Assembly (NCBI GenBank): GCA_976226885.1 | Contig: OZ320319.1 | Span: 67,022,001-67,086,000, forward strand | DNA: 64,000 nucleotides | From: Iphione sp. A-MEVVRFRX5 | Taxonomy: Eukaryota | Direction of reading: 5' to 3' | Shown: positions 13,301 through 27,130 of the stretch, in pieces | How the letters are laid out: every line of letters starts with the position of its first letter | Numbering within the stretch: position 1 is the first letter of the stretch | Program-made: the position numbers and the translations under genes | The notes under the pieces: generated by a model | Told to the model about the DNA's origin: nothing | Database searches by the model: none | The model's input: the letters and a program-made list of their open reading frames with translations, nothing else

Positions 13301-15647
13301 ATTCCGAGTCATTATCTATGCTACGATTTTGGAAATGATGATTTCTGTGGATAACGGTTATGCTTCTCATACTATGTTATGCAAAATAGGTTATTCCTTA
13401 TGTTATACATGATATTTATTTCGATCTATCGTAATCCTTATCAATTATCAGGGGATCACAATGAATGAAGGCTTGGTATCGAAGTACCCAAGGGATATAA
13501 ATGCACGATGACCGAGGGCTACGTTCCCAAATATAGCAGAGATGTTAAGGGATCTGTTGGAGCCGTCCTGCCTTCGCGGGATGATTGTTTTGTTCGTCAT
13601 TTTGAAGCTGTTTTTGAGGAAAGGGTGGTTGATTCCAGTTGAACTGTCATGTAGACATGACCTATCAGCATATCTGACAAGCTACATTCTTGACACCATC
13701 TCACTTGGCCCAGTTGGTTCAGTTTTATGTGCGGTGTACTAGGGTTGCACTTGGCTTTTTCTTGCAATGATCTTTACAGAGACGTCAAATGAAAATTAGC
13801 TGCCTTTGGCTTTGTTTACGTATACATGTTCTAAAGGTTATCGTGCACGGGCGTTTTTCTAGCTGCGAATTACGAACCTGCACACGTTCGTACAAGATTG
13901 AAATAATCTGGCTTTCTTTTAAAATGGTATAATGAATATCTCCATCAAATACATATATGAATCTACGAAAAATAATGTTTATGATTTATAACAAAGGCCA
14001 ATCCGGAGGAAAATTCTTTTTACGGTGATTAAACGTATTTCATTTAGCATCCCCTGCAGGCCTGAACAAAACCTTAAAAAAGCTTCGCAGACAATTAATC
14101 TCCGATCAAATGCCTGTGCCCTTTCCCCTCCTGTCATTACACGCAATTATAATGGTAACTATTGGTGATGATAAGACCTCTGACAGTAGACATTGTTGGA
14201 TCAGAGACAGAACTGGTTAGAACTGGGTTTGTTGGACCGAAGCCAGAATGACGGTTGCACATGTTCTGTATTTGAACTGCAGTGACATGCATGGGGATAT
14301 AACATGCTCGACAGCCGACGTAAATAGTATTATACATGTAATCATAGAAAATAAACATATATGAAACCTATTGTTACGATTACCTACAAACCTAAAAACC
14401 GCTCCATACCTAACGGCTTCCTTCTGCAAGTGACCTGTTAGTTGAGACACTGTAAAATACCATTTAGTCCGTGAGTACGTTCCCTAAATTGACTGATTTA
14501 TTTCTAGTTTGTCATGTGATAGATTTACAGACACGAAGTGTGTACACAACAATAATTATTATTGTTGTAACCGTTCTTTTTTATTGAACAAAAATAAACG
14601 CAGACGGAACAAGAGTGATAACCTCCCCCAATTCATCCGCGTGATACTTTCCGTTGTAACTATATTTACTATGACAGGACAATATGGCACAAACCATTTG
14701 TGCGAGAAATCAGGCTAATGAATGAGGGTGCTCATGGTCAAAAACATATAACGCTTTATTTTATCGCCATCCCATCTTTTGCTTATGCATGCGTTTTAAA
14801 CCATGAAAACAAGTGTAGGAAGGATAACTACATTCTGGATGGTCCATTTTAAAAAATTCTTTGGGAACGGTCTGTCCCAGGAGGTTCTCAAAGCTGACCG
14901 AGACTTTTCCAAGTGTTACTGTAGTGCAAACATGTAACAGTGAAATGTCACAATTCGGATGCCTATCGATTCTTAGCTGAAATTGTCCATGAGGTGATGA
15001 CTATGTGCACATTGCGGTAAAATCTACTATGAATAGACCCCTTCTATACTATTGAAAATCGCCCTTAAATGGTCATGTCCACATTGTGGTCTGTCTGCAA
15101 TGTGACATTTGACTGCATGCTGTTCACGGGTAATTTCTATGGGCATGTTTCCTTACGTATCGATTAAATTTCCTATCGTTTTGTATCCAGTAGACGCAAA
15201 TAAAAGAAAGCTGAAAATCAAGGGATATTGATAATGTGCCCCTGCAAACGGCAGGTGGTGAAACGCTAGTTGTACAGGTATTAATTAGTTTAAAACCGAA
15301 CTGACTAAACTTGGTAAACTGAGATGTTGTAACCTTCCAAGAACAAGGATGATACCTGTATATATCACAAATAAAACCTTTATTTGGATATTGGTACTGG
15401 AACGAACCAAGCTACAGCTACTCACCTAGCAGCAGGGTGACGCTTGGGTGCCGCATTTTTTGGTTTGGAATGTACTTCAAAGACAACGATCATTCAACTT
15501 GAATTTTTTCCCTCTAAATGAAGCCAAACTTGTGTGAAACAACGCCCATTTCATAAGTTAGTGTTCCTTCCTTAAATATATTAGTAAAAACTTGTTGCAG
15601 TTTGAGGACTATATCGCTAAATATATGTATACAAACATTCACAGATA

Positions 15648-15815
15648 CAAATTTTAGTTTAGGAAGACTTTTCTGGTCTTTTGGAGAGCTAGCATCAACT
15701 AGGAATTGAACCCCAGACCTTTTGTGTGAGAGGCAAATGGCTAAATATCTGAACTGAAGGGGGAAAACCACTTCCTTGAGAACTAGATTTCGCCCTACTT
15801 TTCCATCAACTGAAC
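15648..15815 (-). mobile_element. tRNA-derived SINE-like repeat, copy B
   Basis: ggagagctagcatcaactaggaattgaaccccagacc...tctgaactgaaggg aligns with 10285-10365. Confidence 0.7.
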
Positions 15816-15927
15816 ATTCGTCCTTGTACAGTTGCATTGGTATGCATGACTCATGCCTTAATTGTGTATGCACTTCACCTGATCCTTTTCTTTCTTGCTC
15901 CTATTAGGATCATTTTTCTTCTTCACC

Positions 15928-16072
15928 AATTTTAGTTAACAAGACATTCCCCGTTCTTTGGAGAGCTAGCACCAGCTTGAGATTGTACTCCAGACCTTTG
16001 GCATGAGAGGCCAATACATAACAAGCTGAAGGGTTTAGAGAAAGAGACTGGCGATGTGGTTCCTTTAACTGA
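15928..16072 (-). mobile_element. tRNA-derived SINE-like repeat, copy C (about 280 bp after copy B, same orientation)
   Basis: aattttagtt..aagac....tttggagagctagcaccagcttgagattgtactccagacctttggcatgagagg...gctgaaggg; it shares the upstream aattttagtt...aagac with copy B. Confidence 0.7.
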
Positions 16073-16407
16073 ACACATTCATAATTTTGTACTTACATAA
16101 ACACATACATAATATACACATATATCACATACATTATATATAATGCTGCAAGTGAACAGCCGATGTGTCCATTTTGCCATGTGCACTGTATTAATGTTTG
16201 CCACTTTTCACTGCGATTTGCAGATTTGTGGACGGGATATACAGGAGAGAGGGAGGGAGAGAGGGAGCGAGGGAGGGAAGCAGGATGTATATGTTGTGCA
16301 TAATATACCAATGTGCGCAATTTGCAAAGAACACTGCACTAATGTTTTAATTTCACTCTGCATAAAAAGTCTGCTAATTATGCTACACCAAACATAAAGC
16401 GGCAATA

Positions 16408-17055
16408 CAGTGGAGCTCCTGTCTACGGACGCCCGGACACAGCGGACAACCCCTACAATGGACATGTTTACTCTTGTCCCCAAAATAAACAGTAAATAAC
16501 ATGTTTACAAGAGCTCGGACACAGCGGACATTCAGATACAGCGGACACTCACCTCTGGCGGCTATTTTACAGTCCCATACAGTGATTTTACAGGGTTTAC
16601 AGCGGACAGATACACTGGGGGTAGACTGTCACCCACTTCTTTGGGCATTTTGAGGGTTATTCATTGTCTCAGGTGTGGGTAGAGGTGTCAGGGCGACCAC
16701 TTCTCCCTAACAGAGCGCTTGAAGGGTTATTTATTGTCTAAGGTGTTGGTATAGGTGTCAGGGCGACCACTACTCCCTAACAGAGCGTTTGAAGGGTTAT
16801 TCATTGTTTCAGGTGTGGGTAGAGGTGTCAGGGTGACCACTCCTCCATAACAGAGCGTTTGAAGGGTTACTCATTGTCGCAGGTGTGGGTAGAGGTGTCA
16901 GAGCGACCACTACTCCCTAACAGAGCGTTTGATCGTTATTCATAGTCTAAGGTGTTGGAACTGGTATTAGGGGTAGCTCGGACACAGCGGACACCCCTGA
17001 CAGCGGACACTTTGAGGACAGTCCGGTCGATGTCCGCTGTAGAGGGGTTTTACTG
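16408..17055. mobile_element. Tc1/mariner (pogo/Tigger-like) MITE, about 650 bp
   Basis: TA|CAGTggagctcc at the left and ggggttttACTG|TA at the right (TA target duplication, CAGT...ACTG termini). The subterminal motif ACAGCGGACA occurs about 6 times directly and once inverted (tgtccgctgt, 17031-17040). There is no ORF. Confidence 0.85.
16654..16960. repeat. 70-bp minisatellite, about 4.4 copies, inside the MITE
   Basis: Unit gggttattcattgtctcaggtgtgggtagaggtgtcagggcgaccactWctccctaacagagcgtttgaa starts at 16654, 16724, 16794, 16864, with a partial copy at about 16933. Confidence 0.97.
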
Positions 17056-20000
17056 TACTTGCATGGATTATACCCCCAAGCAGTGCATAGATATTTTCAC
17101 ACGAGGAACACAAATGCAATGCAACTTCAGCATGTCACATGAACTCGTCTAGTGTGTAGTTTGGCGTTGGAAGCAAGTGGGTATGAAATATTAAAAGAAG
17201 GCCTGACAGGAAATAAAACATTTGTCGGATTCTTGGCAGCGTCATGCAATGCACCTTTCATTGCTGTCTCGCACTGGGGAGAGGGGCTCTACCTAACTGA
17301 GCGGTTGGTGACAAGGATAGCTAATGTTGGATCTATCATACCGTGTAGAAGACAATTAGTTGTCAACCTGACCGATTTAAGAGAGCATCTGAGGACAACT
17401 GTCTGTAATGCCCAACACATTTATACCTAGAGTTGAAGCGGAATAATTCTTACCAAGTGTATTCGCCGTGACAAACCAACGGTGAAAATGTGTAGTATAC
17501 CTGTCTTCATACACCACGACAAACAACTTTCTTCCATGTAACCAGTCAAGTCGAGAGATCTCAAAGTTGATCTCCTGTATACATGTACTAGCTAAGTAAC
17601 AGGCAATTTTATCTTAAATAATCACCTTGAAATTACGTGTACATACACATAGGTTAATCAGGGCGTAACTAGTCTCTGAAAGCGGCTGGGTCAACAAGGA
17701 AGTACAAATTCCTCCCCACAAGAACCGCTACCAAGAAAAATATTTTACGATTTTATGTCAAACTGATGAGATGGTAACATTAATTCTTTGTTTCAGCATT
17801 TCAGCCATGCTTATGAAATTGATTTGTTGTTGATAACCGTTACGTACATGTACTTGAACATGTGTATGTGTACACACCTGTATTTTTGGTGGATAATACT
17901 AAGCTTGCCGGAATCTTGTGCAAAGATTATTTTCAAGTTCGCTGAATGGAATATGAAGAATGTACAACTGAAATCTTTCAGTCCAGTAAATCAGAAAGCA
18001 TTATTCGTAACCTGTATTCGTAGATCGTTGGAGCTTTGATTGTCATGTAACTGTTCTCTCTCTTTTCTGCTTCAGCATCATCAAGAAGCCAAATTGGAAG
18101 TCGTGTATAGGTCAGTGCATATTTTAAATGTCAACCGTATACGAATTCTTGAAACACATAGAGAATATCCCCCCTCCCCAAGAATAAAAGAAGTGTTGAA
18201 CCCAATTGAGATTATTAGAGTCTTCATCAGTGCATGTATAGTTCATAAAAGTACATTACCCTGTACCCCCTTCGTCACAAATCTATAACCAAATGATAGC
18301 TGTATATATTAAAAGCATTGAGAATGTTGTTTAAGTGTGTCCCAGATCTAGTTCATTATGTTTACGTGGAATAACTTATGTTTCACTCATTGATACTAGA
18401 TGAGCAGAAGGTCAGGGAATTGTTTGCAGATATTTCGTGTTTCGGAAAAACATTTAATCACTATGTGGGCTAAAAGACAAGATCTGGAAAAAATGAGGTT
18501 GTTATAGAACATAATCCTCAGGATAGTTTCAATTGGTAACATGACACCCGTTTTCTGGAACAAACTTGAATAGAGTGCCTTTGTGTTGCTGTTTGCTGTG
18601 TTGCGCAATGGACAGTCATATGTCAAGCAATAGTCTTAGCTTTGAGCTGGTACTGACAAAGAAGTAGCCCCATGTTATTGCTGCATTGTTTATTTGTAAT
18701 TAGCGTTCACTACTAGTCTTATTATGATAAGCTTTCAGTTGTAGCCGCATTCCTTTCCTCTCCATTATGGCGTTGCACACCCATGGCATAGCATATATAC
18801 TGTATGATGTATATAAACACCTCCTTGGCTTTTCCCTGCCCTCTGATTGGTACATCTGGACGAACAAACACGGCGTCTCTGGGAGAACGCCGATGTGACA
18901 GGAAAGGCGTTGGTGGAAAGCAAGCATTTTTTTTAGGTTTAAAAGCGATTAAAGACAAATCCCACCCGGGTAACAGATATCTTCGTCAAACGGACTACGG
19001 AGAACACACCTCTGCTATAAGTTGTTGGATAATCCCCACGTTTTCCTTGTTTTTAAAGAGAATGTTGGTCCATTCATTGATATGTCGACCTGTACATGGT
19101 AATATATTGAAGAGCTTTCAATAGATGATACATTTTATACTGGAACATGTCACCAAGTCGCATTTAAATTTTCTTTATTCGGCCGGAAGCATTATTTTCT
19201 TCGTTATTTTATTACATTTTTTATCAGGGAAATGGTTGCTATGTAGCCTACGTAGAAAATAAAATCCAAAGTACTGATTTTGCATCTTAAAAACTCTCCT
19301 AACGGAAGGTTAACTAATATTAATTGGGTATATCTACGTCGTATATTTGTCGTAGTTGGACTCAAAGAATAGCTTATTAAGTTCAAGAGAATTCCTAGTA
19401 TGTTATGAGTACCAATAACGTAACCATCGAGGCTATTACAAAGGCATACCAAGGCACTGCTTAGATACGTGGTGTCCGTGGATTTTCCCGTGGTTCCGTT
19501 CAGTATTGTTACTGATTGATAATGGATTGATATAACTACAAAATTGGGAGATGCAGACGTGAAGGACCCTAAAAAATTTACGCTACACTGTAAGTTACAC
19601 TCTTTCGGTGAATTGAGACTTCAACTATGTACAGTAAAAGCAACATGCAACCAAACAGATATTTATAATTTAAACATATACATATTTGCATGAACAGAAC
19701 TCAATATGTTAACTTCAACATCGATTTTTAAGTGTTTTGGCTCCTTATAGTCTGGTCATCTCTATATATAATGATAATACTGTCCAACAATGTAAGATGA
19801 GTAAAACATTTTACGTGGCATCATTTAGTACCACCTATTGTATAAATAGCCATACACATAATTTGAGGCAAAGGCTGTAATGGTTTGGCTTGACGCAGTG
19901 TCGCGATGAATGGCGTTTATAGAGTGTCCTGTTTTACATCAAAGTCCTTGTTCACGGCAATACATCATGACAAGGTGGACATCGTTGAAACCGTGTATCT

Positions 20001-20957
20001 TGGGTCGAGTCTCATATGATCAACTGATCGTGGGCGAGGTTATGACGAATAAGACAGGAGGGAAATGGAAATTGTTATCTTTATCGAGGAATAATAGCAA
20101 CGAGGAAGGTGGAGAAACAGAGATGTTGAGGACATATCGCACGAAATGCCCATCCTGTTCGTAGTATAGTCTGCATTGTGAGCTGGAGAGGTATTTTCCA
20201 GATTTATTTGGCAGAAATGTGTGCAAGGCTAAATGCACTGTAGACCTATTTCCAAATGATTTAGAAGGATGACAGCGTTGATACAGATGTAGTGAAAGAG
20301 CAGTGATTTAGAGTAGTAGTAAAAGAATTCCGAATTAGGAAGCTATGTAGATGGGTGTGTCGGAATTAAGGTACGTGGCCCTGTTGTATTGTAACTCCGA
20401 CTTTGGCAAGCCATTGGTCAGGCAATACTAAGTAAAGCCGCATGCTATAACCCACAACAGATAAGTTTTAAAGTCAGGTATATGTGAGACTGACGTGCAG
20501 AAACATTCCGCATTGGGTCTCATTGCGTTTCTGCAATTTCTTTGAATTAAAGAAAATTAAACGAACCACTTGTGCCACATGGCATATTATAAAACGATTT
20601 TTTCATTGTGTGATGCTTACATGCGTGTCCAGCTACTAAGAAGCCATATCGTGGAGATTGGAGTAACAGCCAGTTGTTTCCTGTTGTTTGAGAGTACCTT
20701 CCTCAGGTCCATTGCCACAAAAGACCATGCTTACCATGTCTGTGGCAGTGCAGTATGTCTCGTTGGTCTCACTGTGCGCTGTAGATTGCCAATTAACACA
20801 ATACAGGACTTCAACTCGTCCCTACCTTTTCACAAACTGAAACTAACTACCTCTTTTCATTTTACTCATGTGTTTGCATCCGGTTGCATGAAATTTATTG
20901 ACTGCTGTTCGAAAATGGGCAACCTATGCACATGTATGCATGCATATATACATGCAA

Positions 20958-20981
20958 CGCAGCGCAGCGCAGCGCAGCGCA
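20958..20981. repeat. (CGCAG)n pentanucleotide repeat
   Basis: cgcagcgcagcgcagcgcagcgca. Confidence 0.9.
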
Positions 20982-21860
20982 AGGGAAAACCATCCTGTTA
21001 AATATGATCTGTTGCCAAAAAGCATGCAGATTTGGAAGCAGGCCATTATGGATGCCAATTAAGCCGACTCACAGTTATTGAATTATCACGTAAAACAATA
21101 CACGGAAATAAACGCTAAATAAAGCCGACTTAATGCCTGACTTCACCGAGATCAAATTTTCACAAATTCCACAAAATACGATGAAACGGTCAGATATGAA
21201 TCATTGTTTTATATTCAATTCTTTCTACAAAAATATATTATAACTAAACAATTGCCATTCAACGCAGAAGTTCTCAACCGTAATATTTCTCCAGTCTATG
21301 CACATGTATCGTTTAAAGCATCCAGATCTTGGACACTGCGGTCAGTGACCGTTAGATGTCACGTTGGTCTTACGGCCTGAGGCAGCGTTGTCCAGCGAAC
21401 GTCGAGCAAGAGGTCAGTGAAGGACATCGTAGTAATGCTCCGTTGTCTTCGGTGAACTTAACCGATTCAGACAAGTGAACTGACGCCAAAAGGAGGTTGT
21501 GCCCCTGGACCCGACAGTCAGGGCGGTCACACTCTCCTTTGTCGCCTTTTAGTCGGTCGATAATGTATCGTTTGGCGGTGGTGTATGGTTAAAGAAACTG
21601 TATGTACAGACATATTGGTTAGTCCACATAGGCCACAGAAGGTGGTCCTCATTACCCGTCTGCTGAGTTGTATGTAGCAAAGCAAGGGACATGATTCTGA
21701 CGTGGGATGTCAAAACTGGTTCTTCGATCAATCTCTTGTACAACAAATGGACCTTGATTAACTGCTATTTTATTATAGCACGCTTATCAGAAACACCCAT
21801 TGTAACACATATTTGTATACCGCTTGCCTTTCTTCATTAGCAGACTTTAGTAGAGAGACT

Positions 21861-21970
21861 TTCATGGAAACGTCTTGAAATTTAGTCAAATTTGTGAAAG
21901 TGTTGCCGTTTTTCATGCAACCATCTTGAAATTTTGCCAAATTTGCATAGGTATTGCCATTTTTCATGTT
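21861..21970. repeat. 51-bp degenerate tandem repeat, about 2.2 copies
   Basis: ttcatg...tcttgaaattt...caaatttg...ttgcc units start at 21861, 21912 and 21963. Confidence 0.85.
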
Positions 21971-23107
21971 GAAACATTTCTTCCTGTGACCTTCATTATA
22001 CAGCTCACCTCTGCATCTCCAACTAGTTTAGAAAGTAAACACGTCTACCCTTTGCTGCCCGTTATCTCTAAACGAGCTCGAGCTTCTGTTTTGAATATAA
22101 TTGCTGCCATAGAATACACTGAGGTGAATTGCCGCGTCGTGCATGTTCTACTTACTGTTTTAAACGCCGGGCCATTACTTTAGTTACCAGCGTTTGTAAA
22201 GTGGGCCCACTCTTAACGATGTTTATCACGTGAGACCGCACTGACAGGACACAGTGGTTCGAAATGATGATTTTGCGAACTTTTAAGTGTATGCTATTTG
22301 GAAACCCTAGATGGGACAGAAAAGTGCATTTGATACATCACTAGATCATCGGATCTCCGGCCGAGACATCCATAATTATGGCAGGGTCCAACCAACCAGT
22401 GGAGCACTGCCATGGAGACCAGAGAAATCACTCCATAAAACGACTGGGCATGCAGCCTATCAGCTGCAACTTCAACTATTTCAGGCCGCCGTTTGACTTT
22501 ATGTCAGCTCCTGTGTACAGCAGACGGCTTTGTACGAGCAGCCGGTCGACCTATCGATTGTCATAGTCATCGTAAGGAGAGAATGAGCCAGAAATATCCC
22601 TAATGGTTGTGCTATCAAATACATTCCATCCACCCGGAGCTTGCCTTGGTGCGACCGGTGATGGATGTGTAGGGCATACGCATATTTAGAAAACGAGCCC
22701 TTGCCTGCCTCTTAGCCAGACCTCTAGGCCTGTAATATATGTATACCAGTGGTCTGCAAGAGTTCAACCCCCAGGTGAACGGGGTAGAATGTGGGCGTGT
22801 CTTTGTGTCAAGGGATTTTAGCACTCATCGAGGCCACTGTGTGCGTCCCGTCTAGGGACGTCTGCGTTCCTGAATGAACTTGGTGCAGTCGTCTCCTCCA
22901 AACATTTGCTTCAGCATCCACGGGGACTGTCCAGAGGGGTATCCATTTAGAAGCTTAGTTAGATCGATTCAAAGGGACACAACTCTCTGTCTAGCCAGTT
23001 CGTGTCGATCGTATATTTATGTTTGTCTTTTTAAAAAAAACATAGATGGTGCTCCGGCAGTTCAGGATGTCGACTCAGGCATCTACATATGCACCCGAAC
23101 ACCCGCG

Positions 23108-23190
23108 CACATACATGTACATGTATAAATACATGTACATGTACATACATAGATACGTAGATACATAGATGCATGCATACGTACATATGC
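23108..23190. repeat. TACATG/TACA low-complexity tract
   Basis: catacatgtacatgtataaatacatgtacatgtacatacatagatacgtagatacatagatgcatgcatacgtacatatg. Confidence 0.85.
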
Positions 23191-23732
23191 CTGACGTCTC
23201 TGGTGATAGAGTAAACCGTTATCTTGTTTATTGTGTTGCAACGCACTGCCCATATAGGTTTGGGATCTCAATCATGTATTGCTATAAATAGGGGAAAAAG
23301 GACACATTTGTGTCAGTGGTATAATGAAGGGTAATTTGTTGGTTTAGACGTTTGTGTGGGTCCATTGTATCATCAGTTTAGTACAAACATACAAGTCATT
23401 GATAGTTGCCATTATTCATATATGGCAGGCATAATTTGTTCAAACATAAGCCCGGCGGACATGAACGAAGCATATGTATAAATAATATGGTGAACTGAGA
23501 GGCATCCACTTACAGTTGACTCCCTTTATTCAGTGGTTTCCATCCAGGCTATGGTAATCGAAAAAATAGCACGTTAACGACAAGGAAATAATTAGAGTTC
23601 TTCTATCAGTCAACGATTTAGCATCACAAGGTTTATGTACAATTCGTACCGGATAATAATTGAAGTGGCGTAAAGGTCTAACAACAACAGGAGTTTTTTT
23701 CTGTTTTATAAATGTATAAATATATATATAAT

Positions 23733-23792
23733 TTCTTTATCATACATAGAAATGCTCAGATATTCTTTATCATACATAGAAATGCTCAGATA
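23733..23792. repeat. Perfect 30-bp tandem duplication
   Basis: ttctttatcatacatagaaatgctcagata x2. Confidence 0.95.
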
Positions 23793-26700
23793 TGACGAGC
23801 AATATATTTCAGTAACTTATTCACAGGTTAGGTTTCCTATCAGCACCGCTTGCTGGGGACATGGAGAGATCCTTAGCTCGTTAATCAGAATTGACAGGTG
23901 AACCAATTATCTTTTACGTGCTTTTGATATAAGTGACATGGATTTGACACCATCCTTCACAAGGAAAAGAGCACTTATGAAAACTGACCTTGTCAGCGTG
24001 TTTGTTACCGTCTGTGGCCCCGACTGGTTTACAAGTCGTAATTGGGAAGCAAGTTCTCATTTTTACGGGTACAAACGATGTGGTTATGCACTATCAAACT
24101 TGTTTTTCGTCCACTCTGCTCTTGTTTTGACGTCCGTCTATTTTCCTTAATCGGATACACAATAGCGAGGGCCTGTAGCTAGAACATTCCATGTGACAGT
24201 ATATACTTGATTTCTTTTTTCTTTTTTCTTTTTATTTTATTTAAATATTCTTAAGTATTTGTTCAGCACAGGAATCGATGACGCCGTCACGAAGTAGTTA
24301 ATGCAACAACGATGCAGATGAAAATTAAGGTACCGGCATCGCAAGATATACCGGTGCAGTTCGCATGAAAAGGAACGCTTAAAGCGGATGGGACAATGGG
24401 GGGAACATGTTGTTTGGCCATAAGGGCATGTGAAAGAGAGAATAAAAAAAGCAGCACAATTTGTATCGATTGTCTGCCACTGTTGCTGCTGCGGCTGCCA
24501 CGAGAGTCACATCACCATCGAACCACTTGCCTGTGTGTCAGATGCGCCTTGTCAGGACGTTCATATGGAGACCCTAATCATAACTCATAGAAATTCAGGA
24601 ATCAAGCACTTCGAAATATATTTATTGTGTGTGTCATACTATTAAAGCTAGCAAGATATCGTAGGACCCCTCTCTTTGCCCTGTCTTATTATAAAAAAAA
24701 GTCTCCGGCTGCTTTGCTGCCGACGAGTTGTATGCGTCATGGCGTGACTTGCCTTTCGCCACTGTTCAGCCGTGTGCTTGGCCTTCCCTTGTCGTCATGT
24801 TGTCTTTTGGCGAATCAACTATTTCACTAAATGTAGGCGTCCCTCATTACCAGCAGCGCGGAATAATTGTCTCTAGCATGTACAGCCACCAGTATACGTG
24901 TACATGTAGGCGGTCGGCTCTCACGCCGGCGTCCTTCCCGGTTCTTCCCGCCAACTGGAACAGAGAGCATGAGCCATGGGACATGGTCTGTTTCGAGCAA
25001 TAATTAACATAATGAGCCATCATTATATTTTTTTTATCGCTGGATGTCCATAACTGATGAATTATCATTTGCAGGTGCCACGCCGTGGTCCTAGCGATAA
25101 GAACCAAAGCTCGGCCCTAGTAAATCTTACGACAAACCGCTTAATTCTGACAATTCGCCTGATCAGAACTTCTGCAACACCAACACATGCTGTCAGGATA
25201 ATGCAGAGAGATCCGAACTAGTTATTTTCTTTTTCGAACTTGCGGCAAATCTCTCACGACGGAAAGGGAATAGTTTTTTTGGGTGGAAATAATTAAAATT
25301 ACATGTAAAGTCCAACAGACGCATGTGTGCGTGTATGTCGGTTGCTGTGCGTTTAATGACATCCTTGTTAAGTGTGTCCTCGTTTATCACCTGAACTTGT
25401 CAGCGACAGTGCATTAACGAATGTAATATTTGTATACGAAGTAGTTGTTATACAGAATTTTAAGTTCCCGTCTTTCGCTCGGAGACCAGGACATGTATCA
25501 GATGTAATTAGTATAAGGAGGCCATGCAGAATAAATGTTAAAGGCATGCGTCGTCACTGTATTAGGTCACATGACGCCTCTTGTGCCACTTTCACAACTG
25601 CCAGTATGCGAGATTGCGCGGTGGGGTGCTTTACGGACAACGCCGGTGTACCTGTGGCATGTAAGTAGTCATGTCTTATTTAATCTAACACAAGTATTTT
25701 CAGCTACACCTCGGCATGGAATCCTTTTTGAGCCATTGCCCCCGCCCGCACTCAGCGCACCCGGAGCCCATAGCTTGCATTGTGGATTCTTCAATGCCCC
25801 GGCAAACGTCCGTGTATGTGATTACATTCTGAACCCTCTTGAGGAAGCCGATGTCTCATGAAAGGCATGTACGTATGTGGTTCAGTTTGTTCGTATAATC
25901 TTAAGGACTGTCCAGCGACTGTCACTATAAATTTCTTCTCTTAAGCCAAGAAACCTAGAGATCTAAACTGTACATTTAATGTTTACTTCTGTGGATTCTG
26001 TAGGTGACAAAGAAACGTAAGTTGTTCACACATATATGATAGGATAGGGCATGTTTCGATGCATATTTTGAAGCCTTTAACGACAGTGGAACGCCATATT
26101 GCTTGGTTTTGAGCTGAAATGGTCTATAAGGTGATCTTGTTGGCACCATAACTTACCGTTGTAATAATGATATGAAAAATAGGTTATTGTACATTTGCCC
26201 ACTAGCTGATGTTGTCCACATTGTTGTCTGTCCGGAAAGTGGCGTTTGACTGTACCAAGCTATAATATTCTGTTGGTGAAGAGGAGCCTCGGATTACGCT
26301 GGTCAAGTTATTACACTTGAATTCATTCTTCTAGATGTGAACAGTATATTCACTACGTTTTGCAGAATATAATGATATATGTGTACCAGTATGAAGCATA
26401 ACTTACCATATTGCCTATTCATGGTATTCACGTGATATCGCTGTTCAAGGGAAGCTTTCTTTCCAACAATGGCGACATTTGTAATGGAGGTATTTAATTT
26501 GTACGTGCGCATCTCGATAAAATTTGAATGTAGAAGACGATGGTAATTAATTCTGAATCCGTTGAAGCGTATTTCTGCCAGCACCGAACCGTAACTTCAC
26601 AATAGTGCTAGACAGCATACTACAGCGCACGAAAGATGGCGGCCATGGAATCCATCACCAGCTTTCTACTTCACGGAAGATGTGATAATTAGATAACGTA

Positions 26701-27130
26701 GCCAAAGTGGGGTATTCATATAGTCCCTTGCGGTAGATCTTCAGTGTTCTCACACCTTTGCAAATGAAAGAGCGCCATTATGATGTAACAAAAAGAAGCG
26801 TTTTTATTCCAACAATGAAGAAATGTTTTCTAGTATGCCACAATTGCGAGTAAAAGCAAATCTGTTGGTATAATCTTTCGTGGTTATCTATTCATGCATC
26901 ATACTTCAATATATGCCCATATCACACGAACTTATGTCCTGGAAGATAACATCGGAGATGACAGTATGTATATGTAATGTCATACATATCGTTATAAATA
27001 TGGCAAAGCTACTTAATAGATACAGGTGTTGAGTCCATTGTGGTTAATGCTTAATGAATAAATGGACAGATTACGGAAAGACTAGCAGAAACCGAAAAAC
27101 AGGCAGAAATTTGGATGGTGAGGGAGACAT

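Noticed and set aside
16654-16960. CRISPR-like regular spacing
   Set aside because: The whole 70-bp units are similar, with no unique spacers and no cas genes; it is a minisatellite.
17659-17672. cagggcgtaactag, a hAT-like TIR start
   Set aside because: No partner TIR or 8-bp TSD was found.
21320-21346. IQILDTA followed by GTCAGT, like a Ras-family G3-motif exon end
   Set aside because: Only 7 aa, a weak acceptor, and no other GTPase motif exon seen in the window.
26004-26016. 13-nt micro-exon candidate (ctgtag|gtgacaaagaaac|gtaagt)
   Set aside because: Frame-shifting length and no neighbouring exons support it.
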